A DNA stretch of 64,000 nucleotides from Anaeromyxobacteraceae bacterium (GTDB taxonomy: Bacteria; Myxococcota; Myxococcia; Myxococcales; Anaeromyxobacteraceae), in assembly GCA_032654565.1 (NCBI GenBank), contig JAULAX010000015.1, positions 448,001 through 512,000 of the forward strand, in the 5' to 3' direction. Position 1 is the first letter of the stretch; each line of letters opens with the position of its first letter. The notes under the pieces are model-generated. The model was given only the letters and a program-made list of their open reading frames with translations. It was not told the DNA's origin and made no database searches. The position numbers and the translations under genes were made by a program. Below are positions 11,676 through 21,131 of the stretch, in pieces.

Positions 11676-13252
11676 GGCGCGCGCAGGTCGAGGCCCAGCA
11701 CCGTCTTGTAGACCGTCTTCCCCCCGCCGTAGAAGTCGCCCGGCACCAGCAGGTCGACCTCGAGGCCGAGGGTGATCCAGCGGGCCGGCTCCCAGGTGGC
11801 CGACAGGTCCAGCTCGGTGCCGTAGGTGCGCCCGCCCCACGGCCCGTCGTCCTCGGCCCGCAGCCAGGCGGCCCGGGCCTGCAGGTCGACGTCCGACCCC
11901 AGGTCGAGCTCCACGTCCAGGCCGGGGGCGATCACGCCGCGGCCATTCACGCCGGGCGCGGTCGCCTGGCGGGCCGCGAAGGTCTCGGAGAGGCCGCCAC
12001 GGAAGAAGAGGTTGGTGGCGGTGAGGTACGGGGTGACGCCGAGGAAGGCGCCGGAGCCGGCCGGCAGCCCGAGCCGCGCCTTCTCGGTCGGGGTGCGATC
12101 CCCGGAGAGGTAGAGGAACCAGGGGGTGACCGAGAGCCACGGCGCCGGCGAGACCTGGTAGCGGAGCCAGGCGGCCGAGCCGGTGAGCGGGATGTCGACC
12201 CGGGTCAGGACGCCGGCCATCTCCAGGGTGTCGACGCGGCCCCGGAGCAGCGCCAGCGTCCAGAGCAGGCGCTGGTGGTCGAAGGTGGCGAGGCTGCCGC
12301 TGCTGCCGGCCCAGGCCTGCGTGGCGGTCGAGGTCGGCGCGGAGGAGAGCTGCGCGGCCAGCCCGCGGGAGGCGGCGGCGAAGGCGAGCGTGCCGGGAGC
12401 CAGCCCGGCCAGGTTGACCACGGCGTCCTCGATGAGGGCGCCCCGGACCAGCTCGGCCACCCCGCCGGTCCGGTCTCGGTGCGCCGCCAGGAAGAGGCCG
12501 GCGTGCTCGAAGAGCGAGGGGAGCCAGTCGACGCGCAGCAGCGCCATGGGGCTGATCCCGGCCACGGTGCGGGTGAGGTCGCGGGTCGGCTGGAAGAGGG
12601 CGGCCCGCACCTCGACCGGCGGGCCGATGGCGCCGAGATCGAGCGCCAGGTCGACGCCCGTGGCGTAGTCGTCGTGGACCAGCCCCTCGGCGACCGTGGT
12701 GCGCGACCGGCCGGCGCGCACCGTGGCGAAGCCGGCGCGGCCGAAGCTCCAGGCGGCCCAGGCCTCGCGCACCAGCAGCGTCGCGCGCACCTCCTCGGCG
12801 AGGGCGCGGCCGTTGGAGGTGAGCTGGGATGGGCCGAGGCGGGTCTCCTCCAGCCGCCAGGTCTCCACGCCCATGCAGCCCATGCTGCCGCGGACGTCGA
12901 GGCCGGTGGGCGAGCTGCTCGACCTGCAGACCGGCGCCGCCGCCGGGAAGCGGCGCACCCGCAGCTCGCCGGTGTCGAGGGCCAGCCGCCAGCGCAGGGC
13001 GCCGGCGAGGTGGCGGCCGTCGAGCCTCAGCTCGGCCAGCGTCGAGCCGTACCCGGAGTCGCTGGTGGTGGCCAGGTAGTCGTCGACCAGGAAGGAGCGG
13101 GTGGCCCGGTCGAAGAGCACCTCGGTCGTTGGCGCGTCCCTCACCCCGGTGAAGCGCAGGTGGAGCGCCCCCTCCACGCGCACCTCCCCGCCGGCGGCGC
13201 CGGGGAAGGCCGCGGCGGCCAGCGCCGCGAGCAGGGTGAGCGGCCAGCGCAC
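11672..13252 (-). CDS. Putative outer-membrane beta-barrel protein
   Basis: Signal peptide (MRWPLTLLAALAAAAF), alternating amphipathic strands, YGTELDLSATW near C-terminus; last large gene of the ECF operon; start inferred at GTG 13252. Confidence 0.6.
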   Translation of the reverse strand: MRWPLTLLAALAAAAFPGAAGGEVRVEGALHLRFTGVRDAPTTEVLFDRATRSFLVDDYLATTSDSGYGSTLAELRLDGRHLAGALRWRLALDTGELRVRRFPAAAPVCRSSSSPTGLDVRGSMGCMGVETWRLEETRLGPSQLTSNGRALAEEVRATLLVREAWAAWSFGRAGFATVRAGRSRTTVAEGLVHDDYATGVDLALDLGAIGPPVEVRAALFQPTRDLTRTVAGISPMALLRVDWLPSLFEHAGLFLAAHRDRTGGVAELVRGALIEDAVVNLAGLAPGTLAFAAASRGLAAQLSSAPTSTATQAWAGSSGSLATFDHQRLLWTLALLRGRVDTLEMAGVLTRVDIPLTGSAAWLRYQVSPAPWLSVTPWFLYLSGDRTPTEKARLGLPAGSGAFLGVTPYLTATNLFFRGGLSETFAARQATAPGVNGRGVIAPGLDVELDLGSDVDLQARAAWLRAEDDGPWGGRTYGTELDLSATWEPARWITLGLEVDLLVPGDFYGGGKTVYKTVLGLDLRAP

Positions 13253-13752
13253 TACGGCCCGCGCCGCTCCCGCCACCGCGCCCGGGCCTTGCCCCGCTCC
13301 TCGGGGGAGAGCTCGCGCCAGCGGCGCAGGTTCTCCAGGTAGCGCTCCCGCTCGCGCGGCGGCGCCCGCAGTATCTCCCCCATGGCCTTGCGGAGCTGGG
13401 CGCGCCGCTCCGGCGAGAGCTCCTTGAAGCGGGCGAAGCGGTCCTGCAGCTCGCGCTGCTCGCGCTCGGGGAGCCGGCGGAAGGCCTGGTAGCGCTTCAG
13501 CAGCTCCTCACGCTCTGCGGGCGGCAGCGCCCGCAGCCGCTCCAGCCGCTGCTTCGCCTCGGCCTGCTGGTCGGGCGGCAGGGCCTGGAAGGCCTTCCAC
13601 TTCTCCCGCAGCGCATCGCGCTGGTCGGGGGTGAGCCGCTCCCAGCGCTCGCGGGCCGCGGCGGTGTCGCCGCCCGGCGCGGCCTGGGCGCGGGCCGGGG
13701 AGGGGCCGAGCGCCAGCGCCAGCAGCAGCAGCGCCATCGCCGCCCGGCTCAT
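13252..13752 (-). CDS. DUF3106-like periplasmic helical repeat protein
   Basis: Signal peptide then repeated W/F-xxL-[PST]-P-[ED]-x-R units (WERLTPDQR, FQALPPDQQ, FKELSPERR, WRELSPEER). Confidence 0.8.
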   Translation of the reverse strand: MSRAAMALLLLALALGPSPARAQAAPGGDTAAARERWERLTPDQRDALREKWKAFQALPPDQQAEAKQRLERLRALPPAEREELLKRYQAFRRLPEREQRELQDRFARFKELSPERRAQLRKAMGEILRAPPRERERYLENLRRWRELSPEERGKARARWRERRGP

Positions 13753-14219
13753 GGCGCCCCCCGGCGGTCCAGGGTGTCGAGCTGGGCGATGACCGCGGCG
13801 TCCTCGGCGGTCTCCACGTCATCGAGCGAGGCCACCGTCTCGTACTCCTGGAGCAGGTCGAGCTGCGCGGCCGCCGCCAGCTCCAGGCCACGCTGCTGCC
13901 GGACCACCAGCACCCCGGCCAGGGCCGCCGCGGCCAGCCCGCCGGCGGGGAGGGCCAGCCGCCAGCGCCAGGCCGAGAGCCGGCCGAGGAGGCCGCGGGA
14001 CGGCTCCTGTGCCAGCCGCGCCGCCAGCCGGGCGGCGAAGTACGGGGAGGGCTCGGGGGCGGCGGGGAGCCGGGCCAGCGCCGCCAGGGCGCCGGAGAGC
14101 CGGTCGCGCTCGGCGCGGCAGCCGGCGCAGGTGGCCAGGTGGGACTCGACCCGGCCTCGCGCCGCCGGGTCGAGGGCGCCGTCCAGCAGCGCCGAGAGCT
14201 CGTCGACCACGTGCTTCAT
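13749..14219 (-). CDS. Zinc-binding anti-sigma factor (zf-HC2)
   Basis: LSALLDGAL...VESHLATCAGC (HxxxCxxC), one TM helix, directly after ECF sigma. Confidence 0.88.
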   Translation of the reverse strand: MKHVVDELSALLDGALDPAARGRVESHLATCAGCRAERDRLSGALAALARLPAAPEPSPYFAARLAARLAQEPSRGLLGRLSAWRWRLALPAGGLAAAALAGVLVVRQQRGLELAAAAQLDLLQEYETVASLDDVETAEDAAVIAQLDTLDRRGAP

Positions 14220-14809
14220 GACACCGCCTCCTCGCCGTCCCCGGGGCCGAAGGGGGCCAGCGCCGCGGCGGCGCTGACGGTGGCCCGGTGGATCAGCGAC
14301 TTCACCGCCGACACGCTGGTCTCCAGCGTCTCGGCGATCTCCTCGTAGCTCATCCCCTCGAAGCGGCACAGCACGAAGGCGGCCCGCTGCTTCTCCGGCA
14401 GCGCCCCCAGCAGCGCCACCACCGCCTGCTCCAGCGACCGCGCCTCCGCCACCTGGAGCGGATCGGGGGCGCCGGAGGGCAGGGCGTCGAGGTCGGGGGC
14501 CTGGTCCTCGCCGAGCGGGCCGGCGGCCCGGGCGGTGAACTCGGCGCGGCGCACCTCGTTGAGGCAGTGGTTGGTGGCCACCCGGTAGAGGAAGGTCTTG
14601 AAGCGGGCGCTCGGCTGGTAGCGGTGGGCCGACCGGTAGAGCTTCACGAAGACGTCCTGCGCCAGCTCCTCGGCGCGGGCGGCGTCCCTGACGAAGCGAT
14701 GGCAGAAGGCGATCATGGCCCGGGCGTTCCTCTCGTAGAGGAGCCGGAAGGCCGCCGCGTCGCCGCGCTGGAAGGCCAGCAGGAGCGCCGCGTCGTGATC
14801 CTGGCTCAT
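14216..14809 (-). CDS. ECF RNA polymerase sigma factor
   Basis: GDAAAFRLLY, AEELAQDVF, FKTFLYRVATN, LPEKQR, GMSYEEIAETL, VKSLIHRA. Confidence 0.93.
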   Translation of the reverse strand: MSQDHDAALLLAFQRGDAAAFRLLYERNARAMIAFCHRFVRDAARAEELAQDVFVKLYRSAHRYQPSARFKTFLYRVATNHCLNEVRRAEFTARAAGPLGEDQAPDLDALPSGAPDPLQVAEARSLEQAVVALLGALPEKQRAAFVLCRFEGMSYEEIAETLETSVSAVKSLIHRATVSAAAALAPFGPGDGEEAVS

Positions 14810-14821
14810 CCACCCCCAGCC

Positions 14822-14846
14822 AACACGCCCGGCGGCGAAAGGTTGC
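14822..14846 (-). promoter_or_regulatory. Putative autoregulatory ECF promoter
   Basis: Minus strand GCAAC-N17-GTT just upstream of the sigma start codon; fits the AAC/GTT ECF consensus. Confidence 0.55.
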
Positions 14847-14852
14847 GCGGCC

Positions 14853-15896
14853 TCAGCCGCCGAAGGCGCCGACCGCCGCGTGGGTCAGCCCGTAGACCAC
14901 CGCCGCCACCAGCGCCGAGGCCGGAATCGTGAAGATCCACGCCCAGATGATGCGCCCGGCCACGCCCCAGCGGACCGCCCGGGTGCCCCGGGTGGCGCCG
15001 ACGCCGACGATGGCCCCGGTGATGGTGTGGGTGGTGGAGACCGGGATGCCCCAGTGGGCCAGCGCCAGGATGGTGACGCCGCCGCCGGTCTCGGCGCAGA
15101 AGCCGCCGATGGGCTGCAGCTTGGTCAGGCCGGTGCCCATGGTCTTGACGATCCGCCAGCCGCCGAAGAAGGTCCCCAGGCCGATGGCGGCGTGGCAGGC
15201 CAGCACCACCCAGAGCGGGATGTGGAACTCCTGCCCCTGCAGCACGGTCCCGAAGAGGATGATGGCGATGATGCCCATGACCTTCTGGGCGTCGTTGGTG
15301 CCGTGGCTGTAGGAGAAGATGGCCGCGCTCACCAGCTGCAGCTTGCGGAACCACCGGTCCACCTTGGCCGGGGTGAAGCGCTGCACGATCCAGGTGGTCG
15401 CCACCATCATGGTGATGCCCAGCGTCATGCCGATGAGCGGCGAGAGCACGATGAACATCGAGATCTTGAGGATGCCCGAGCCGACCAGGCCGGAGGGGCC
15501 GAGCGCCGGGAGGGTGGCGCCGATCATGCCGCCGGCCAGGGCGTGCGACGACGACGACGGCAGCCCCCAGTACCAGGTGAGCAGGTTCCAGGCGATGGCC
15601 CCCACCAGCGAGGCGAAGATCACCACCAGCACCGAGGTGGTCCCCATGGCCTTCAGCATCTCGAAGTGGATGACCCCCTTGCCCATGGTGTTGGCCACCT
15701 TGAGCTGGGCCCCCCAGAGCACCGGCGCCGCCGCGATGAAGTTGAAGAAGGCGGCCCAGGCCACCGCCTTCATGGGCGTCAGCACCCGGGTGGAGACCAC
15801 CGTGGCGATGGAGTTGGCGGCGTCGTGGAAGCCGTTGATGAAGTCGAAGGCGAGGGCGACGAGGATCAGCCCGGCGACGACGGTGTAGAGGAGCAT
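14853..15896 (-). CDS. PiT family inorganic phosphate transporter
   Basis: NGFHDAANSIAT, GLPSSSSHAL, HGTNDAQK, GIPVSTTH. Confidence 0.95.
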   Translation of the reverse strand: MLLYTVVAGLILVALAFDFINGFHDAANSIATVVSTRVLTPMKAVAWAAFFNFIAAAPVLWGAQLKVANTMGKGVIHFEMLKAMGTTSVLVVIFASLVGAIAWNLLTWYWGLPSSSSHALAGGMIGATLPALGPSGLVGSGILKISMFIVLSPLIGMTLGITMMVATTWIVQRFTPAKVDRWFRKLQLVSAAIFSYSHGTNDAQKVMGIIAIILFGTVLQGQEFHIPLWVVLACHAAIGLGTFFGGWRIVKTMGTGLTKLQPIGGFCAETGGGVTILALAHWGIPVSTTHTITGAIVGVGATRGTRAVRWGVAGRIIWAWIFTIPASALVAAVVYGLTHAAVGAFGG

Positions 15897-15924
15897 GACG
15901 GTGGTCCGGGGCGGGGCGGGCGCC

Positions 15925-16554
15925 TCAGGCGTGCTCGAGGACCACGCCCTCGATGACGTTGGCCACGTCCTCGGCCCGGTCGGTGGCGTCCTCGATCAGG
16001 TCGATGATCTCCTTCCACTTCATCACCGTGAGGGGATCGTTGCCGCGCTTGAAGAGCTTGGCCATGGTCTTGCGGGTCAGCGTGTCGGCCTGGTTCTCCA
16101 GCTTGTTCATCTCCTGGCAGGCGGCCAGGATGGTCTCGGGGTCCTTCTTCATGTTGCGCAGCCCCTTGACCGCCTCCTCCATCTTGCGGGTCTGCTCCAC
16201 CAGCACCGCGCACAGCTCGCGCGACTCGGGGAGCACGGTGTCGATGTCGTAGAGGCCGAGCCGCTCGGCGGCGGCGTCGGCCAGGTCGAGGACGTCGTCG
16301 ATGCGGGAGAGGATGCGGTGGATCTCGGAGCGGTCGAACGGGGTGATGAACTGGGTGTGGAGCCGCTCGAAGGCCCGGTGGGTGATGTCGTCGGCGCGGT
16401 GCTCGACGTCCTTGATGGCCTGGCACTTGGCCGGCACGTTGGTGAAGTCGTCGAGCAGGTCCTTGAGCAGCACCGCCCCCTCCACCACCGCGGCCGCCTG
16501 GGCCTCGAAATCCGAGAAGAAGTCATCCGACTTCGGCATCAAGCGCTGGAGCAT
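15925..16554 (-). CDS. DUF47 / PhoU-like phosphate transport regulator
   Basis: EHRADDITH, FITPFDR, ENQAD, EDATDRAEDVAN; upstream of pit. Confidence 0.92.
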   Translation of the reverse strand: MLQRLMPKSDDFFSDFEAQAAAVVEGAVLLKDLLDDFTNVPAKCQAIKDVEHRADDITHRAFERLHTQFITPFDRSEIHRILSRIDDVLDLADAAAERLGLYDIDTVLPESRELCAVLVEQTRKMEEAVKGLRNMKKDPETILAACQEMNKLENQADTLTRKTMAKLFKRGNDPLTVMKWKEIIDLIEDATDRAEDVANVIEGVVLEHA

Positions 16555-16711
16555 CGGTTCTCCTGGTGCGGGACGAGACGAGGCAGGACGGCGCCGGGGT
16601 AACTCGTTTCGAAACCCGAGTCAAACGGGCTCTGTGACGGAATGGTGAACTTCACCTTGCCGCGGCGTGCCAAGGCGAAGCGGCCTGGACGCGGGCCGGA
16701 GCGTAGCACGC

Positions 16712-17092
16712 TCACCGGGGCCGGCGACCACCCGCCGGTCCCGCCGACTCGCGCAGTGACACCAGCGTCGCCCCCCAGCCGCCGGCCCCCTCGTCGGCGG
16801 CCTGGAAGGCGGCCACCAGCGGGTGGCGGGCCAGCAGCACCTCGACGTGGCGGCGCAGCGCGCCGGTCCCCTTGCCGTGGATGATCCGCAGCGCTCGCAG
16901 CCCGGCGGCGTGGCTGGCGTCGAGCCAGGCCGGCACCAGCGCCCCCACCTCGCCGGGGGCGAAGGCGTGCAGGTCGAGCAGGCCGTCGAGCCGGAGCGCC
17001 ACCGGCTCGCCGAAGGGATCACCGGGGGGATCGCCGCCGCCCGGGCCGCCGTCGCCATCGCCAGCCTGGTCGTCGTCGGGGGCGCGGTCCAC
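16712..17092 (-). CDS. Stand-alone Smr/MutS2-domain protein
   Basis: LDLH, RIIHGKGTGALR, GGWGAT. Confidence 0.9.
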   Translation of the reverse strand: MDRAPDDDQAGDGDGGPGGGDPPGDPFGEPVALRLDGLLDLHAFAPGEVGALVPAWLDASHAAGLRALRIIHGKGTGALRRHVEVLLARHPLVAAFQAADEGAGGWGATLVSLRESAGPAGGRRPR

Positions 17093-17126
17093 GGGGCCGA
17101 TGATAGCCCGGCCCGGCCGGCGCGGC

Positions 17127-18971
17127 TCACCCCGGCCCGGCCGGCGGCAGGTGCCGGCCGATGACGGCGCGGATGGCCTGGAGGTCGAACGGCTTGGCGA
17201 TGCACTCCCGCCCCGGCGCGGCCAGGAAGTCCCGGGTCTCGGGCGTGAAGGCCCCGCCGGAGAGGAAGACCGTCCGCTCGGCCAGCGCCGGGCTGAGCCG
17301 CGCCACCGCCGCGTGCAGCGCCATCCCCGACATCCCCGGCATCAGCAGGTCGCAGAGGACCAGGTCGAACCGCTCCCCCGCCTCCAGCAGCTGCAGCGCC
17401 GCGCGGCCGCTGCCCACGGCGACGATCTCGAACTCGCCCCCCAGGGTCCGCTGGATGACGGTGCCCACCAGCGGCTCGTCGTCCACCACCAGCAGGCGCC
17501 GCCGGCGCGCCGCCGCCACCGTCGCCGGCGGGGCGCCGCGCTCGGCGGGATCGGCCGGCGCCACCGGGAGGAGCACGCGGAAGGTGGAGCCGACGCCCAC
17601 CTCGCTCTCCACCTCGATCTCGCCGCCCAGCGCCTCGACGATGCTCCGGCAGACCGACAGCCCCAGCCCGGCGCCGGCGCCGGGGGCCTTGGTGCTGAAG
17701 AACGGCTCGAAGATCGACTCCAGCTGGTCGGCGGGGATGCCGCAGCCGGTGTCGCTCACCTCCACCGCCACCCGCTGGCCGGGGGCGGCGAAGGAGCGGA
17801 CGTGGACCACCTGCTCGCTGGTCCGCCCCGCGGGGATGGCGTGGGCGGCGTTGACCAGCAGGTTGAGGAAGACCTGGCCGAGCCGGGCCTCGTTGGCGCG
17901 GACCGGCGGCAGGGCGGCGGCCAGGGCCCGCCGGACCACGGCGCGGTGCGTGAGCTCGCTCCCGGCCACGTTGATGCTGCTCTCCAGCACCTGGGTCAGG
18001 TCGAGCGGCACCAGCGCCGCGTCGTCGCCCCGCGAGAGCGTCTGCAGGTCGCGCACCAGCCCGCGCACCTTGTCGACGCCGTCGCGGGCGTCGGCCGCGG
18101 CGTCGAGCACCTGCCGCGCCGACTCGGCCAGCCCGGCGTCGTCCACCCCGGCTGCCAGCCGGCCGGCCAGCGCCGCCACCTCCTCGGCGACGAAGGCCAG
18201 GTTGGCGGTCACGTAGGAGAGCGGGTTGTTGAGCTGGTGGGCCACCCCGCCGGTCAGGGTGCCGAGCGAGACCATCCGGTCGGCCACCGCCAGCCGGGCG
18301 TAGAGCCACTGCCGCTCCAGCTCCGAGGCGTGGCGGAGCATGGCGGCGGAGAGGGCGCAGGCCGCCGCCTCCAGGAAGCGCAGCTCGTCGGGGGCGAAGG
18401 CGCGGAAGCCGGCCTCGTAGGCGCCGAGCAGGCCGAGCGGCCCCGCCGGCCCGGGCAGCAGCACCAGCGCCGAGGCGGCCAGGCCGTGGCGGGCCAGGAA
18501 GGCGTCGCCCGGCCAGCTGGCGTGGACGTCGGCGGTGGCGGTGGAGGCCAGCTGCTCCAGCGCGAACCCGGACTGGGTGCCTGGGCCGCAGGCCAGCTCC
18601 TCGGCGGCGGCGCCGGCCAGCACCCCGGCCCCGACGCGCACCACCAGCCGGTCGACGGCCTCCGCCGGCGCCAGGAGCGCCACGCCGTCCACCGAGAGGG
18701 TCTCGGCCACCAGGGCGCAGGCGCTGGCCAGCAGCTCCTCCTCCCGGTCCCCGGCGATGGCCAGCTGGCCGAGCGTGGCCAGCACCTCGGTGAACTTGGC
18801 GCGGTGGGCGAGGTGGGCGGGGCCGGGCTCCACCGGATGGTCGGCGCGCAGGACGAGCAGCAGCCGCTCCAGCGCCCCCTCGTTCCGGGAGGCGCGCGAG
18901 GGGCGCGAGGCCACCCTCCCGCCGAGGGGCGTGAGCAGGGAGACCGACGTGGCGGTGGGAGGAGGCGCCAT
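17127..18971 (-). CDS. Hybrid sensor kinase (GAF-HisKA-HATPase-REC)
   Basis: GVAHQLNNPL, QVFLNLLVNA, DTGCGI, FEPFFSTK, GLGLS, C-terminal REC (LVVDDE, DLLMP, KPF); start uncertain. Confidence 0.9.
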   Translation of the reverse strand: MAPPPTATSVSLLTPLGGRVASRPSRASRNEGALERLLLVLRADHPVEPGPAHLAHRAKFTEVLATLGQLAIAGDREEELLASACALVAETLSVDGVALLAPAEAVDRLVVRVGAGVLAGAAAEELACGPGTQSGFALEQLASTATADVHASWPGDAFLARHGLAASALVLLPGPAGPLGLLGAYEAGFRAFAPDELRFLEAAACALSAAMLRHASELERQWLYARLAVADRMVSLGTLTGGVAHQLNNPLSYVTANLAFVAEEVAALAGRLAAGVDDAGLAESARQVLDAAADARDGVDKVRGLVRDLQTLSRGDDAALVPLDLTQVLESSINVAGSELTHRAVVRRALAAALPPVRANEARLGQVFLNLLVNAAHAIPAGRTSEQVVHVRSFAAPGQRVAVEVSDTGCGIPADQLESIFEPFFSTKAPGAGAGLGLSVCRSIVEALGGEIEVESEVGVGSTFRVLLPVAPADPAERGAPPATVAAARRRRLLVVDDEPLVGTVIQRTLGGEFEIVAVGSGRAALQLLEAGERFDLVLCDLLMPGMSGMALHAAVARLSPALAERTVFLSGGAFTPETRDFLAAPGRECIAKPFDLQAIRAVIGRHLPPAGPG

Positions 18972-19199
18972 GGCAGGTACGTGGATGTGCACGTTCCGTT
19001 CGCGCCCCGTCCCGGATGGGGACCTGGGACAAAACCCTGGACCTCCGAACGGTTACAGCCAGGGGCGGTCGGACCGGAGCCTCGCCGGGCGAGGTGGCCC
19101 CGGACCCCTGGGGCAAGCCAGCGCCCCCCGCGCGACCCGACCCGCCTGGAGCGTGAATGGAGGGGCACACGCCTTCGGGGCAGCGTATGAAGGGGCGGC

Positions 19200-21131
19200 G
19201 TGGAATTCGAGGTTCACTGCGAGAAGATGGCGCGGCTGCTCGATGCCGAGCGCGACGAGGAGCGGGCCCGGCTCGCCGACGCCCGCGCCCGGCTGACGCT
19301 GCGGGAGCGCGAGGCGCGCGGCCTGGCGGTCGCCGACGTCGAGGCGGTGGAGGAGGGGAGCCTGGCCGGGCGGGCGCTGGTGACCTACGAGCGGCGCGGC
19401 CAGGCCATCGAGGGGGCGCGCCTGGGCGTCGGCGCGCTGGTGACGGTGCGGCTCAGGAAGGAGCCGCGCCCCGACGAGCCGGCCGGGGTGGTGGCGCGCC
19501 GCAGCCGGACCCGCCTCTCGGTGGCCTTCGACGAGCCGCCGCCGGACTGGGCGGTGGACGGCCGGGTGGTGCTGGAGCTGGAGCCCTCGCCGGTCACCTG
19601 GGAGCGGCTCACCGCCGGGCTGCGGCGCATGGCCGGCGAGGAGGGGAAGCGCTGGCGGCCGCTGCTCACCGGGGCGCCGCCGCGGTTCGGGAGGCTGCCG
19701 CGGGCCCCGGCGCAGGCCGGCGCGGCCGGTGCGCCCCCGGGGGCGGCGATCGACGTACCGCCGCGCGCCGCGCTCAACGAGGAGCAGCGGGCGGCGCTCT
19801 CGCTGGCCGAGCGCGCCGAGGACCTGGCGCTCATCCACGGCCCGCCCGGCACCGGCAAGACCACCGTGCTGGTCGAGGTGATCCGGCGGGCGGTGGCGCG
19901 CGGCGAGCGGGTGCTGGCCTGCGCCCCCTCCAACCTGGCGGTCGACAACCTGCTGGAGCGGCTCATCGCCGCCGGCGTCGATGGGGTCCGGGTCGGCCAC
20001 CCGGCCCGGGTGCTGGAGTCGCTGCTCGGCCACACCCTGGAGGCGCGCACCGCGCTCCACGAGCGCTCGCGCATCGCCGCGGGGCTGGTGGCCGAGGCGC
20101 TCGACCTGCGCCGCTCGGCCTCGCGCCGCAAGCAGCGGCGTGGCCCGGGGCGGTTCAGCGAGGCCCGGGCCGACGAGCGGGGCGCCCGGGCGCTGCTCGG
20201 CGAGGCGCGGTCGCTGGAGGCGCAGGCCCAGGCCGAGGTGCTGGACCGGGCGCCGGTGGTGCTGGCCACGCTGACCGGCCTCTCCGGGGCGGCCCTGGCC
20301 GGGCGACGCTTCGCGCTGGCCGTGATCGACGAGGCCACCCAGGCGGTGGAGCCGGCGGCCTGGCTGGCGCTCCTGCGCGCCGACCGGGCGGTGCTGGCCG
20401 GCGACCACCTGCAGCTGCCGCCCACGGTGCTCTCGGCGGCGGCCCAGGCCGGCGGCCTCGGGGTCTCGCTCTTCGAGCGGCTGGTGGCGCTGCACGGCGA
20501 CGCCGTCAAGGTGACGCTCACCGAGCAGCACCGCATGAACGAGGCCATCATGCGCTTCCCCTCCGAGGCGCTCTACGGCGGGGCCCTGCGCGCCCACCCG
20601 GCGGTGGCGCACCACGCCCTCGACGACGCCCCGCTCGAGGTGGTCGACACCAGCGGCCGCGGCTTCGAGGAGGCCACGCCGGAGGGGTCGGACAGCCGGG
20701 AGAACGAGGGCGAGGCGCTGCTGGTGGCGGCGGAGGTGGAGCGGGTGCTGGGGCTGGGGGTGGCCCCCGCCGAGGTGGCGGTGATCGCCCCCTACGACGG
20801 CCAGGTGCAGCGGCTGCGGGCGCTGCTCTCGGCGCGCGTCGAGCAGGGGCTGGAGGTGGACACGGTCGACGGCTTCCAGGGGCGGGAGAAGGAGGCGGTG
20901 GTGGTGAGCCTGACCCGCGCCAACGAGGACGGCGAGGTCGGCTTCCTGGCCGACGTGCGGCGCATGAACGTGGCGCTGACCCGGGCCCGCAAGAAGCTGG
21001 TGGTGGTGGGCGACGGGGCCACCGTGGCCCGCCACCCGTTCTACGCCGCCTTCCTGCGCCACGCCGAGGCCACCGGCGCCTGGCGCAGCGCCTGGGACCG
21101 CGAGCCGGCGCCCGGGGCCGTGACGCCGTGA
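19200..21131 (+). CDS. SF1 helicase, DNA2/NAM7/IGHMBP2 family
   Basis: LNEEQ, IHGPPGTGKT, APSNLAVDN, DEATQ, GDHLQLPP, SLFERL, QHRM, TVDGFQGRE, RMNVALTRA. Confidence 0.93.
   Translation: MEFEVHCEKMARLLDAERDEERARLADARARLTLREREARGLAVADVEAVEEGSLAGRALVTYERRGQAIEGARLGVGALVTVRLRKEPRPDEPAGVVARRSRTRLSVAFDEPPPDWAVDGRVVLELEPSPVTWERLTAGLRRMAGEEGKRWRPLLTGAPPRFGRLPRAPAQAGAAGAPPGAAIDVPPRAALNEEQRAALSLAERAEDLALIHGPPGTGKTTVLVEVIRRAVARGERVLACAPSNLAVDNLLERLIAAGVDGVRVGHPARVLESLLGHTLEARTALHERSRIAAGLVAEALDLRRSASRRKQRRGPGRFSEARADERGARALLGEARSLEAQAQAEVLDRAPVVLATLTGLSGAALAGRRFALAVIDEATQAVEPAAWLALLRADRAVLAGDHLQLPPTVLSAAAQAGGLGVSLFERLVALHGDAVKVTLTEQHRMNEAIMRFPSEALYGGALRAHPAVAHHALDDAPLEVVDTSGRGFEEATPEGSDSRENEGEALLVAAEVERVLGLGVAPAEVAVIAPYDGQVQRLRALLSARVEQGLEVDTVDGFQGREKEAVVVSLTRANEDGEVGFLADVRRMNVALTRARKKLVVVGDGATVARHPFYAAFLRHAEATGAWRSAWDREPAPGAVTP

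Noticed and set aside
16657..16675. TGGCAC-containing motif upstream of DUF47 as a sigma54 promoter
   Set aside because: GG-to-GC spacing is one base short of the strict requirement
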